The position numbers and the translations under genes are program-made. A stretch of DNA of 64,000 bases from Eledone cirrhosa (taxonomy: Eukaryota): contig OZ024756.1 in the NCBI GenBank assembly GCA_964016885.1, forward strand, positions 1,922,001-1,986,000, read 5' to 3'. The notes below the pieces were generated by a model. That model did not search any database and was not told the DNA's origin. It worked only from the letters and a program-made list of their open reading frames with translations. Shown piece by piece: positions 12,186-25,499 of this stretch (positions are counted from its first letter, which is position 1; each line of letters opens with the position of its first letter).

Positions 12186-13449
12186 TGCAGTGTCAGTGAT
12201 CTGGTCCTCTGTCTTTCTGTCTTCAGTACATCTATGAAGTGTGCAGTGTCAGTGATCTGGTACTCTGTCTTGCTGTCTTCAGTACATCTATGAAGTGTGC
12301 AGTGTTAGTGATCTCGTCCTCTGTCTTGCTGTCTTCAGTTCATCTATGAAGTGTGCAGTGTCAGTGATCTGGTCCTCTGTCTTGCTGTCTTCAGTTCATC
12401 TATGTAGTGTGCAGTGTCAGTGATCTGGTCCTCTGTCTTTCTGTCTTCAATACATCTATGAAGTGTGCAGTGTCAGTGATCTGGTCCTCTCTCTTGCTGT
12501 CTTCAGTTCATCTATTTAGTGTGCAGCGTCAGTGATCTGGTCCTCTGTCTTGCTGTCTTCAGTACATCTATGAAGTGTGCAGTGTCAGTGATCTGGTCCT
12601 CTGTCTTGCTGTCTTCAGTTCATCTATGTAGTGTGCAGCGTCAGTGATCTGGTCCTCTGTGTTGCTGTCTTCAGTACATCTATGAAGTGTGCAGTGTCAG
12701 TGATCTGGTCCTTTGTCTTGCTGTCTTCATTTCCTCTAAGTAGTGTGCAGTGTCAGTGATCTGGTCCTCTGTCTTGCTGTCTTCAGTACATCTATGAAGT
12801 GTGCAGTGTCAGTGATCTGGTCCTCCGTCTTGCTGTCTTCAGTACATCTATGAAGTGTGCAGTGTCAGTGATCTGGTCCTCTGTCTTGCTGTCTTCAGTA
12901 CATCTATGAAGTGTGCAGTGTCAGGGATCTGGTCCTCTGTCTTGCTGTCTTCAGTTCATCTATGAAGTGTGCAGTGTCAGTGATCTGGTCCTCTGTCTTG
13001 CTGTCTTCAGTACATCTATGAAGTGTGCAGTGTCAGTGATCTGGTCCTTTGTCTTGCTGTCTTCATTTCCTCTATGTAGTGTACAGTGTCAGTGATCTGG
13101 TCCTCTGTCTTGCTGTCTTCAGTACATCTATGAAGTGTGCAGTGTCGGTGATCTGGTCCTCCGTCTTGCTGTCTTCAGTACATCTATGAAGTGTGCAGTG
13201 TCAGTGATCTGGTCCTCTGTCTTGCTGTCTTCAGTTCATCTATGTAGTGTGCAGCGTCAGTGATCTGGTCCTCTGTCTTGCTGTCTTCAGTACATCTATG
13301 AAGTGTGCAGTGTCAGTGATCTGGTCCTTTGTCTTGCTGTCTTCATTTCCTCTATGTAGTGTGCAGTGTCAGTGATCTGGTCCTCTGTCTTGCTGTCTTC
13401 AGTACATCTATGAAGTGTGCAGTGTCAGTGATCTGGTCCTCCGTCTTGC

Positions 13450-16400
13450 TGTCTTCAGTACATCTATGAAGTGTGCAGTGTCAGTGATCTGGTCCTCTGT
13501 CTTGCTGTCTTCAGTACATCTATGAAGTGTGCAGTGTCAGGGATCTGGTCCTCTGTCTTGCTGTCTTCAGTTCATCTATGAAGTGTGCAGTGTCAGTGAT
13601 CTGGTCCTCTGTCTTGCTGTCTTCAGTACATCTATGAAGTGTGCAGTGTCAGTGATCTGGTCCTCTGTCTTGCTGTCTTCAGTACATCTGTGAAGTTTGT
13701 AGTGTCAGTGATCAGGTCCTCTGTCTTGCTGTCTTCAGTACATCTATGTAGTGTGCAGTGTCAGTGATCAGGTCCTCTGTCTTCCTGTCTTCAGTACATC
13801 TGTGAAGTGTGTAGTGTCAGTGATCAAGTCCTCTGTCTTGTTGTCTTAAGTACATCTATGTAGTGTGCAGTGTCAGTGATCAGGTCCTCTGTCTTGCTGT
13901 CTTAAGTACATCTATGTAGTGTGCAGTGTCAGTGATCAGGTCCTCTGTCTTGCTGTCTTCAGTACATCTATGTAGTGTGGAGTGTCAGTGATCTGGTCCT
14001 CTGTCTTGCTGTTTTCAGTACATCTATGAAGTGTGCAGTGTCAGGGATCTGGTCCGCTGTCTTGCTGTCTTCAGTTCATCTATGAAGTATGCAGTATCAG
14101 TGATCTGGTCCTCTGTCTTGCTGTCTTCAGTACATCTATGCAGTGTGCAGTGTCAGTGATCTGGTCCTCTGTCTTGCTGTCTTCAGTTCATCTATGAAGT
14201 GTGCAGTGTCAGTGATCAGGTCCTCTGCCTTGCTGTCTTCAGTTTATCTATGTAGTGTGAAGTGTCAGTGATCAGCTCCTCTGTATTGCTGTCTTCAGTA
14301 CATCTATGAAGTGTGCAGTGTCAGTGATCTGGTCCTCTGTCTTGCTGTCTTCAGTACATCTATGAAGTGTGCAGTGTCAGTGATCTGGTCCTCTGTCTTG
14401 CTGTCCTCAGTTCATCTATGAAGTGTGCAGTGTCAGTGATCAGGTCCTCTGTCTTGCTGTCTTCAGTATATCAATGAAGTGTGCAGTGTCAGTGATCTGG
14501 TCCTCCGTCTTGCTGTCTTCAGTACATCTATGAAGTGTGCAGTGTCAGTGATCTGGTCCTCTGTCTTGCTGTCTTCAGTATATCTATGAAGTGTGCAGTG
14601 TCAGTGATCTGGTCCTCTGTCTTGCTGTCTTCAGTTCATCTATGAAATGTGAAGTGTCAGGGATCTGGTCCTCTGTCTTGCTGTCTTCATTTCCTCTATG
14701 TAGTGTGCAGTGTCAGTGATCTGGGCCTCTGTCTTGCTGTCTTCAGTACATCTATGAAGTGTGCAGTGTCAGTGATCTGGTCCTCCGTCTTGCTGTCTTC
14801 AGTACATCTATGAAGTGTGCAGTGTCAGTGATCTGGTCCTCTGTCTTGCTGTCTTCAGTACATCTATGAAGTGTGCAGTGTCAGTGATCTGGTCCTCTGT
14901 CTTGCTGTCTTCAGTTCATCTATGAACTGTGCAGTGTCAGTGATCTGGTCCTCTGTCTTGCTGTCTTCAGTACATCTGTAAAGTTTGTAGTGTCAGTGAT
15001 CAGGTCCTCTGTCTTGCTGTCTTCAGTACATCTATGTAGTGTGCAGTGTCAGTGATCAGGTCTTCTGTCTTCCTGTCCTCAGTACATCTGTGAAATGTGT
15101 AGTGTCAGTGATCAGGTCCTCTGTCTTGCTGTCTTAAGTACATCTATGTAGTGTGCAGTGTCAGTGATCAGGTCCTCTGTCTTGCTGTCTTCAGTACATC
15201 TATGTAGTGTGCAGTGTCAGTGATCTGGTCCTCTGTCTTGCTGTCTTCAGTACATCTATGAAGTGTGCAGTGTCAGGAATCTGGTCCGCTGTCTTGCTGT
15301 CTTCAGTTCATCTATGAAGTATGCAGTATCAGTGATCTGGTCCTCTGTCTTGCTGTCTTCAGTACATCTATGAAGTGTGCAGTGTCAGTGATCTGGTCCT
15401 CTGTCTTGCTGTCTTCAGTTCATCTATGAAGTGTGCAGTGTCAGTGATCAGGTCCTCTGTCTTGCTGTCTTCAGTTCATCTATGAAGTGTGAAGTGTCAG
15501 TGATCAGCTCCTCTGTCTTGCTGTCTTCAGTACATCTATGAAGTGTGCAGTGTCAGGGATCTGGTCCTCTGTCTTGCTGTCTTCAGTACATCTATGAAGT
15601 GTGCAGTGTCAGTGATCTGGTCCTCTGTCTTGCTGTCTTCAGTACATCTGTAAAGTCTGTAGTGTCAGTGATCAGGTCCTCTGTCTTGCTGTCTTCAGTA
15701 CATCTATGTAGTGTGCAGTGTCAGTGATCAGGTCCTCTGTCTTCCTGTCTTCAGTACATCTGTGAAGTGTGTAGTGTCAGTGATCAGGTCCTCTGTCTTG
15801 CTGTCTTAAGTACATCTATGAAGTGTGCAGTGTCAGTGATCTGGTCCTCTGTCTTGCTGTCTTCAGTACATCTGTGAACTTTGTAGTGTCAGTGATCAGA
15901 TCCTCTGTCTTGCTGTCTTCAGTACATCTATGTAGTGTGCAGTGTCAGTGATCTGGTCCTCTGTCTTGCTGTCTTCAGTACATCTATGAAGTGTGCAGTG
16001 TCAGTGATCTGGTCCTCTGTCTTGCTGTCTTCAGTTCATCTATGAAGTGTGCAGTGTCAGTGATCTGGTCCTCTGTCTTGCTGTCTTCAGTACATCTATG
16101 AAGTGTGCAGTGTCAGGGATCTGGTCCTCTGTCTTGCTGTCTTCAGTACATCTATGAAGTGTGCAGTGTCAGTGATCTGGTCCTCTGTCTTGCTGTCTTC
16201 AGTACATCTATGAAGTGTGCAGTGTCAGGGATCTGGTCCTCTGTCTTGCTGTCTTCAGTTCATCTATGAAGTGTGCAGTGTCAGTGATCTGGTCCTCTGT
16301 CTTGCTGTCTTCAGTACATCTATGAAGTGTGCAGTGTCAGTGATCTGGTCCTCTGTCTTGCTGTCTTCAGTACATCTGTGAAGTTTGTAGTGTCAGTGAT

Positions 16401-18800
16401 CAGGTCCTCTGTCTTGCTGTCTTCAGTACATCTATGTAGTGTGCAGTGTCAGTGATCAGGTCCTCTGTCTTCCTGTCTTCAGTACATCTGTGAAGTGTGT
16501 AGTGTCAGTGATCAGGTCCTCTGTCTTGTTGTCTTAAGTACATCTATGTAGTGTGCAGTGTCAGTGATCAGGTCCTCTGTCTTGCTGTCTTAAGTACATC
16601 TATGTAGTGTGCAGTGTCAGTGATCAGGTCCTCTGTCTTGCTGTCTTCAGTACATCTATGTAGTGTGGAGTGTCAGTGATCTGGTCCTCTGTCTTGCTGT
16701 TTTCAGTACATCTATGAAGTGTGCAGTGTCAGGGATCTGGTCCGCTGTCTTGCTGTCTTCAGTTCATCTATGAAGTATGCAGTATCAGTGATCTGGTCCT
16801 CTGTCTTGCTGTCTTCAGTACATCTATGCAGTGTGCAGTGTCAGTGATCTGGTCCTCTGTCTTGCTGTCTTCAGTTCATCTATGAAGTGTGCAGTGTCAG
16901 TGATCAGGTCCTCTGACTTGCTGTCTTCAGTTCATCTATGTAGTGTGAAGTGTCAGTGATCAGCTCCTCTGTATTGCTGTCTTCAGTACATCTATGAAGT
17001 GTGCAGTGTCAGGGATCTGGTCCTCTGTCTTGCTGTCTTCAGTACATCTATGAAGTGTGCAGTGTCAGTGATCTGGTCCTCTGTCTTGCTGTCTTCAGTA
17101 CATCTATGAAGTGTGCAGTGTCAGTGATCTGGTCCTCTGTCTTGCTGTCCTCAGTTTATCTATGAAGTGTGCAGTGTCAGTGATCAGGTCCTCTGTCTTG
17201 CTGTCTTCAGTATATCAATGAAGTGTGCAGTGTCAGTGATCTGGTCCTCCGTCTTGCTGTCTTCAGTACATCTATGAAGTGTGCAGTGTCAGTGATCTGG
17301 TCCTCTGTCTTGCTGTCTTCAGTACATCTATGAAGTGTGCAGTGTCAGTGATCTGGTCCTCTGTCTTGCTGTCTTCAGTTCATCTATGAAATGTGAAGTG
17401 TCAGGGATCTGGTCCTCTGTCTTGCTGTCTTCATTTTCTCTATGTAGTGTGCAGTGTCAGTGATCTGGGCCTTGTCTTGCTGTCTTCAGTACATCTATGA
17501 AGTGTGCAGTGTCAGTGATCTGGTCCTCCGTCTTGCTGTCTTCAGTACATCTATGAAGTGTGCAGTGTCAGTGATCTGGTCCTCTGTCTTGCTGTCTTCA
17601 GTACATCTATGAAGTGTGCAGTGTCAGTGATCTGGTCCTCTGTCTTGCTGTCTTCAGTTCATCTATGAAGTGTGCAGTGTCAGTGATCTGGTCCTCTGTC
17701 TTGCTGTCTTCAGTACATCTGTAAAGTTTGTAGTGTCAGTGATCAGGTCCTCTGTCTTGCTGTCTTCAGTACATCTATGTAGTGTGCAGTGTCAGTGATC
17801 AGGTCTTCTGTCTTCCTGTCTTCAGTACATCTGTGAAATGTGTAGTGTCAGTGATCAGGTCCTCTGTCTTGCTGTCTTAAGTACATCTATGTAGTGTGCA
17901 GTGTCAGTGATCAGGTCCTCTGTCTTGCTGTCTTCAGTACATCTATGTAGTGTGCAGTGTCAGTGATCTGGTCCTCTGTCTTGCTGTCTTCAGTACATCT
18001 ATGAAGTGTGCAGTGTCAGGAATCTGGTCCGCTGTCTTGCTGTCTTCAGTTCATCTATGAAGTATGCAGTATCAGTGATCTGGTCCTCTGTCTTGCTGTC
18101 TTCAGTACATCTATGAAGTGTGCAGTGTCAGTGATCTGGTCCTCTGTCTTGCTGTCTTCAGTTCATCTATGAAGTGTGCAGTGTCAGTGATCAGGTCCTC
18201 TGTCTTGCTGTCTTCAGTTCATCTATGAAGTGTGAAGTGTCAGTGATCAGCTCCTCTGTCTTGCTGTCTTCAGTACATCTATGAAGTGTGCAGTGTCAGG
18301 GATCTGGTCCTCTGTCTTGCTGTCTTCAGTACATCTATGAAGTGTGCAGTGTCAGTGATCTGGTCCTCTGTCTTGCTGTCTTCAGTACATCTGTAAAGTT
18401 TGTAGTGTCAGTGATCAGGTCCTCTGTCTTGCTGTCTTCAGTACATCTATGTAGTGTGCAGTGTCAGTGATCAGGTCCTCTGTCTTCCTGTCTTCAGTAC
18501 ATCTGTGAAGTGTGTAGTGTCAGTGATCAGGTCCTCTGTCTTGCTGTCTTAAGTACATCTATGAAGTGTGCAGTGTCAGTGATCTGGTCCTCTGTCTTGC
18601 TGTCTTCAGTACATCTGTGAACTTTGTAGTGTCAGTGATCAGATCCTCTGTCTTGCTGTCTTCAGTACATCTATGTAGTGTGCAGTGTCAGTGATCTGGT
18701 CCTCTGTCTTGCTGTCTTCAGTACATCTATGAAGTGTGCAGTGTCAGTGATCTGGTCCTCTGTCTTGCTGTCTTCAGTTCATCTATGAAGTGTGCAGTGT
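13450..18800. repeat. 48/49-monomer tandem duplication
   Basis: gtgGag 13980/16668 and ctgtAtt 14285/16973 are offset 2688 (48x56). ctggGcc 14725/17469 is offset 2744 (49x56). caggAat 15278/18021 is offset 2743, after the 1-bp deletion near 17473. Confidence 0.9.
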
Positions 18801-21800
18801 CAGTGATCAGGTCCTCTGTCTTGCTGTCTTAAGTACATCTATGTAGTGTGCAGTGTCAGTGATCAGGTCCTCTGTCTTGCTGTCTTCAGTACATCTATGT
18901 AGTGTGCAGTGTCAGTGATCTGGTCCTCTGTCTTGCTGTCTTCAGTACATCTGTGAAGTGTGTAGTGTCAGTGATCAGGTCCTCTGTCTTGCTGTCTTCA
19001 GTACATCTATGAAGTGTGCAGTGTCAGTGATCTGGTCCTCTGTCTTGCTGTCTTCAGTACTTCTATGAAGTGTGCAGTGTCAGTGATCTGGTCCTCTGTC
19101 TTGCTGTCTTCAGTACATCTATGAAGTGTGCAGTGTCAGTGATCTGGTCCTCTGTCCTGCTGTCTTCAGTACATCTATGAAGTGTGCAGTGTCAGTGATC
19201 TGGTCCTCTGTCTTGCTGTCTTCAGTACATCTATGAAGTGTGCAGTGTCAGTGATCTGGTCCTCTGTCTTGCTGTCTTCAGTTCATCTATGAAGTGTGCA
19301 GTGTCAGTGATCAGATCCTCTGTCTTGCTGTCTTCAGTTCATCTATGAATTGTGCAGTGTCAGTGATCTGGTCCTCTGTCTTGCTGTCTTCAGTTCATCT
19401 ATGAAGTGTGCAGTGTCAGTGATCAGATCCTCTGTCTTGCTGTCTTCAGTTCATCTATGAAGTGTGAAGTGTCAGTGATCAGCTCCTCTGTCTTGCTGTC
19501 TTCAGTACATCTATGAAGTGTGCAGTGTCAGGGATCTGGTCCTCTGTCTTGCTGTCTTCAGTACATCTATGAAGTGTGCAGTGTCAGTGATCTGGTCCTC
19601 TGTCTTGCTGTCTTCAGTACATCTGTAAAGTTTGTAGTGTCAGTGATCAGGTCCTCTGTCTTGCTGTCTTCAGTACATCTATGTAGTGTGCAGTGTCAGT
19701 GATCAGGTCCTCTGTCTTCCTGTCTTCAGTACATCTGTGAAGTGTGTAGTGTCAGTGATCAGGTCCTCTGTCTTGCTGTCTTAAGTACATCTATGAAGTG
19801 TGCAGTGTCAGTGATCTGGTCCTCTGTCTTGCTGTCTTCAGTACATCTGTGAACTTTGTAGTGTCAGTGATCAGATCCTCTGTCTTGCTGTCTTCAGTAC
19901 ATCTATGTAGTGTGCAGTGTCAGTGATCTGGTCCTCTGTCTTGCTGTCTTCAGTACATCTATGAAGTGTGCAGTGTCAGTGATCTGGTCCTCTGTCTTGC
20001 TGTCTTCAGTTCATCTATGAAGTGTGCAGTGTCAGTGATCAGGTCCTCTGTCTTGCTGTCTTAAGTACATCTATGTAGTGTGCAGTGTCAGTGATCAGGT
20101 CCTCTGTCTTGCTGTCTTCAGTACATCTATGTAGTGTGCAGTGTCAGTGATCTGGTCCTCTGTCTTGCTGTCTTCAGTACATCTGTGAAGTGTGTAGTGT
20201 CAGTGATCAGGTCCTCTGTCTTGCTGTCTTCAGTACATCTATGAAGTGTGCAGTGTCAGTGATCTGGTCCTCTGTCTTGCTGTCTTCAGTACTTCTATGA
20301 AGTGTGCAGTGTCAGTGATCTGGTCCTCTGTCTTGCTGTCTTCAGTACATCTATGAAGTGTGCAGTGTCAGTGATCTGGTCCTCTGTCCTGCTGTCTTCA
20401 GTACATCTATGAAGTGTGCAGTGTCAGTGATCTGGTCCTCTGTCTTGCTGTCTTCAGTACATCTATGAAGTGTGCAGTGTCAGTGATCTGGTCCTCTGTC
20501 TTGCTGTCTTCAGTTCATCTATGAAGTGTGCAGTGTCAGTGATCAGATCCTCTGTCTTGCTGTCTTCAGTTCATCTATGAATTGTGCAGTGTCAGTGATC
20601 TGGTCCTCTGTCTTGCTGTCTTCAGTACATCTATGAAGTGTGCAGTGTCAGTGATCTGGTCCTCTGTCTTGCTGTCTTCAGTACATCTATGAAGTGTGTA
20701 GTGTCATTGATCTGGTCCTCTGTCTTGCTGTCTTCAGTACATCTATGAAGTGTGCAGTGTCAGTGATCTGGTCCTCTGTCTTGCTGTCTTCAGTACATCT
20801 ATGAAGTGTGTAGTGTCATTGATCTGGTCCTCTGTCTTGCTGTCTTCAGTACATCTATGAAGTGTGCAGTGTCAGTGATCTGGTCTTCTGTCTTGCTGTC
20901 TTCAGTTCAACTATGTATTGTGCACTGTCAGTGATCTGGTCCTCTGTCTTTCTGTCTTCAGTACATCTATGAAGTGTGCAGTGTCAGTGATCTGGTACTC
21001 TGTCTTGCTGTCTTCAGTACATCTATGAAGTGTGCAGTGTCAGTGATCTCGTCCTCTGTCTTGCTGTCTTCAGTTCATCTATGAAGTGTGCAGTGTCAGT
21101 GATCTGGTCCTCTGTCTTGCTGTCTTCAGTTCATCTATGTAGTGTGCAGTGTCAGTGATCTGGTCCTCTGTCTTTCTGTCTTCAGTACATCTATGAAGTG
21201 TGCAGTGTCAGTGATCTGGTCCTCTCTCTTGCTGTCTTCAGTTCATCTATTTAGTGTGCAGCGTCAGTGATCTGGTCCTCTGTCTTGCTGTCTTCAGTAC
21301 ATCTATGAAGTGTGCAGTGTCAGTGATCTGGTCCTCTGTCTTGCTGTCTTCAGTTCATCTATGTAGTGTGCAGTGTCAGTGATCTGGTCCTCTGTCTTGC
21401 TGTCTTCAGTACATCTATGAAGTGTGCAGTGTCAGTGATCTGGTCCTTTGTCTTGCTGTCTTCATTTCCTCTATGTAGTGTGCAGTGTCAGTGATCTGGT
21501 CCTCTGTCTTGCTGTCTTCAGTACATCTATGAAGTGTGCAGTGTCAGTGATCTGGTCCTCCGTCTTGCTGTCTTCAGTACATCTATGAAGTGTGCAGTGT
21601 CAGTGATCTGGTCCTCTGTCTTGCTGTCTTCAGTACATCTATGAAGTGTGCAGTGTCAGTGATCAGGTCCTCTGTCTTGCTGTCTTCAGTTCATCTATGA
21701 AGTGTGAAGTGTCAGTGATCAGCTCCTCTGTCTTGCTGTCTTCAGTACATCTATGAAGTGTGCAGTGTCAGGGATCTGGTCCTCTGTCTTGCTGTCTTCA

Positions 21801-23890
21801 GTACATCTATGAAGTGTGCAGTGTCAGTGATCTGGTCCTCTGTCTTGCTGTCTTCAGTACATCTGTAAAGTTTGTAGTGTCAGTGATCAGGTCCTCTGTC
21901 TTGCTGTCTTCAGTACATCTATGTAGTGTGCAGTGTCAGTGATCAGGTCCTCTGTCTTCCTGTCTTCAGTACATCTGTGAAGTGTGTAGTGTCAGTGATC
22001 AGGTCCTCTGTCTTGCTGTCTTAAGTACATCTATGAAGTGTGCAGTGTCAGTGATCTGGTCCTCTGTCTTGCTGTCTTCAGTACATCTGTGAACTTTGTA
22101 GTGTCAGTGATCAGATCCTCTGTCTTGCTGTCTTCAGTACATCTATGTAGTGTGCAGTGTCAGTGATCTGGTCCTCTGTCTTGCTGTCTTCAGTACATCT
22201 ATGAAGTGTGCAGTGTCAGTGATCTGGTCCTCTGTCTTGCTGTCTTCAGTTCATCTATGAAGTGTGCAGTGTCAGTGATCAGGTCCTCTGTCTTGCTGTC
22301 TTAAGTACATCTATGTAGTGTGCAGTGTCAGTGATCAGGTCCTCTGTCTTGCTGTCTTCAGTACATCTATGTAGTGTGCAGTGTCAGTGATCTGGTCCTC
22401 TGTCTTGCTGTCTTCAGTACATCTGTGAAGTGTGTAGTGTCAGTGATCAGGTCCTCTGTCTTGCTGTCTTCAGTACATCTATGAAGTGTGCAGTGTCAGT
22501 GATCTGGTCCTCTGTCTTGCTGTCTTCAGTACTTCTATGAAGTGTGCAGTGTCAGTGATCTGGTCCTCTGTCTTGCTGTCTTCAGTACATCTATGAAATG
22601 TGCAGTGTCAGTGATCTGGTCCTCTGTCCTGCTGTCTTCAGTACATCTATGAAGTGTGCAGTGTCAGTGATCTGGTCCTCTGTCTTGCTGTCTTCAGTAC
22701 ATCTATGAAGTGTGCAGTGTCAGTGATCTGGTCCTCTGTCTTGCTGTCTTCAGTTCATCTATGAAGTGTGCAGTGTCAGTGATCAGATCCTCTGTCTTGC
22801 TGTCTTCAGTTCATCTATGAATTGTGCAGTGTCAGTGATCTGGTCCTCTGTCTTGCTGTCTTCAGTACATCTATGAAGTGTGCAGTGTCAGTGATCTGGT
22901 CCTCTGTCTTGCTGTCTTCAGTACATCTATGAAGTGTGTAGTGTCATTGATCTGGTCCTCTGTCTTGCTGTCTTCAGTACATCTATGAAGTGTGCAGTGT
23001 CAGTGATCTGGTCCTCTGTCTTGCTGTCTTCAGTACATCTATGAAGTGTGTAGTGTCATTGATCTGGTCCTCTGTCTTGCTGTCTTCAGTACATCTATGA
23101 AGTGTGCAGTGTCAGTGATCTGGTCTTCTGTCTTGCTGTCTTCAGTTCAACTATGTATTGTGCACTGTCAGTGATCTGGTCCTCTGTCTTTCTGTCTTCA
23201 GTACATCTATGAAGTGTGCAGTGTCAGTGATCTGGTACTCTGTCTTGCTGTCTTCAGTACATCTATGAAGTGTGCAGTGTCAGTGATCTCGTCCTCTGTC
23301 TTGCTGTCTTCAGTTCATCTATGAAGTGTGCAGTGTCAGTGATCTGGTCCTCTGTCTTGCTGTCTTCAGTTCATCTATGTAGTGTGCAGTGTCAGTGATC
23401 TGGTCCTCTGTCTTTCTGTCTTCAGTACATCTATGAAGTGTGCAGTGTCAGTGATCTGGTCCTCTCTCTTGCTGTCTTCAGTTCATCTATTTAGTGTGCA
23501 GCGTCAGTGATCTGGTCCTCTGTCTTGCTGTCTTCAGTACATCTATGAAGTGTGCAGTGTCAGTGATCTGGTCCTCTGTCTTGCTGTCTTCAGTTCATCT
23601 ATGTAGTGTGCAGTGTCAGTGATCTGGTCCTCTGTCTTGCTGTCTTCAGTACATCTATGAAGTGTGCAGTGTCAGTGATCTGGTCCTTTGTCTTGCTGTC
23701 TTCATTTCCTCTATGTAGTGTGCAGTGTCAGTGATCTGGTCCTCTGTCTTGCTGTCTTCAGTACATCTATGAAGTGTGCAGTGTCAGTGATCTGGTCCTC
23801 CGTCTTGCTGTCTTCAGTACATCTATGAAGTGTGCAGTGTCAGTGATCTGGTCCTCTGTCTTGCTGTCTTCAGTACATCTATGAAGTGTG
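18190..23890. repeat. Overlapping 22-monomer (1232 bp) and 40-monomer (2240 bp) tandem duplications
   Basis: gtcCtgc occurs at 19157/20389/22629, identical pseudo-ORFs at 18288/19520/21760, and tgcaCtg at 20925/23165. Confidence 0.9.
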
Positions 23891-25499
23891 CAGTGTCAGG
23901 GATCTGGTCCTCTGTCTTGCTGTCTTCAGTTCATCTATGAAGTGTGCAGTGTCAGTGATCTGGTCCTCTGTCTTGCTGTCTTCAGTACATCTATGAAGTG
24001 TGCAGTGTCTGTGATCTGGTCCTCTGTCTTGCTGTCTTCAGTACATCTGTGAAGTTTGTAGTGTCAGTGATCAGGTCCTCTGTCTTGCTGTCTTCAGTAC
24101 ATCTATGTAGTGTGCAGTGTCAGTGATCAGGTCCTCTGTCTTCCTGTCTTCAGTACATCTGTGAAGTGTGTAGTGTCAGTGATCAGGTCCTCTGTCTTGC
24201 TGTCTTAAGTACATCTATGTAGTGTGCAGTGTCAGTGATCAGGTCCTCTGTCTTGCTGTCTTAAGTACATCTATGTAGTGTGCAGTGTCAGTGATCTGGT
24301 CCTCTGTCTTGCTGTCTTCAGTACATCTATGAAGTGTGCAGTGTCAGGGATCTGGTCCGCTGTCTTGCTGTCTTCAGTTCATCTATGAAGTATGCAGTAT
24401 CAGTGATCTGGTCCTCTGTCTTGCTGTCTTCAGTACATCTATGCAGTGTGCAGTGTCAGTGATCTGGTCCTCTGTCTTGCTGTCTTCAGTTCATCTATGA
24501 AGTGTGCAGTGTCAGTGATCAGGTCCTCTGCCTTGCTGTCTTCAGTTCATCTATGAAGTGTGAAGTGTCAGTGATCAGCTCCTCTGTCTTGCTGTCTTCA
24601 GTACATCTATGAAGTGTGCAGTGTCAGGGATCTGGTCCTCTGTCTTGCTGTCTTCAGTACATCTATGAAGTGTGCAGTGTCAGTGATCTGGTCCTCTGTC
24701 TTGCTGTCTTCAGTACATCTATGAAGTGTGCAGTGTCAGTGATCAGGTCCTCTGTCTTGCTGTCTTCAGTATATCAATGAAGTGTGCAGTGTCAGTGATC
24801 TGGTCCTCCGTCTTGCTGTCTTCAGTACATCTATGAAGTGTGCAGTGTCAGTGATCTGGTCCTCTGTCTTGCTGTCTTCAGTACATCTATGAAGTGTGCA
24901 GTGTCAGTGATCTGGTCCTCTGTCTTGCTGTCTTCAGTTCATCTATGAAATGTGAAGTGTCAGGGATCTGGTCCTCTGTCTTGCTGTCTTCATTTCCTCT
25001 ATGTAGTGTGCAGTGTCAGTGATCTGGTCCTCTGTCTTGCTGTCTTCAGTACATCTATGAAGTGTGCAGTGTCAGTGATCTGGTCCTCCGTCTTGCTGTC
25101 TTCAGTACATCTATGAAGTGTGCAGTGTCAGTGATCTGGTCCTCTGTCTTGCTGTCTTCAGTACATCTATGAAGTGTGCAGTGTCAGTGATCTGGTCCTC
25201 TGTCTTGCTGTCTTCAGTTCATCTATGAAGTGTGCAGTGTCAGTGATCTGGTCCTCTGTCTTGCTGTCTTCAGTACATCTGTAAAGTTTGTAGTGTCAGT
25301 GATCAGATCCTCTGTCTTGCTGTCTTCAGTACATCTATGTAGTGTGCAGTGTCAGAGATCAGGTCCTCTGTCTTCCTGTCTTCAGTACATCTGTGAAATG
25401 TGTAGTGTCAGTGATCAGGTCCTCTGTCTTGCTGTCTTAAGTACATCTATGTAGTGTGCAGTGTCAGTGATCAGGTCCTCTGTCTTGCTGTCTTCAGTA

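Noticed and set aside
12913-25454. Six 60-74 aa + strand ORFs (12913, 15545, 18288, 19520, 21760, 25230)
   Set aside because: These are translations of the satellite. Both + strand stops (TGA at monomer 28 and 46) share a frame, and 56 mod 3 = 2, so every frame is open for about two monomers. Variants such as T46G and A30T extend this. The starts are GTG, and identical ORFs just track block duplications.
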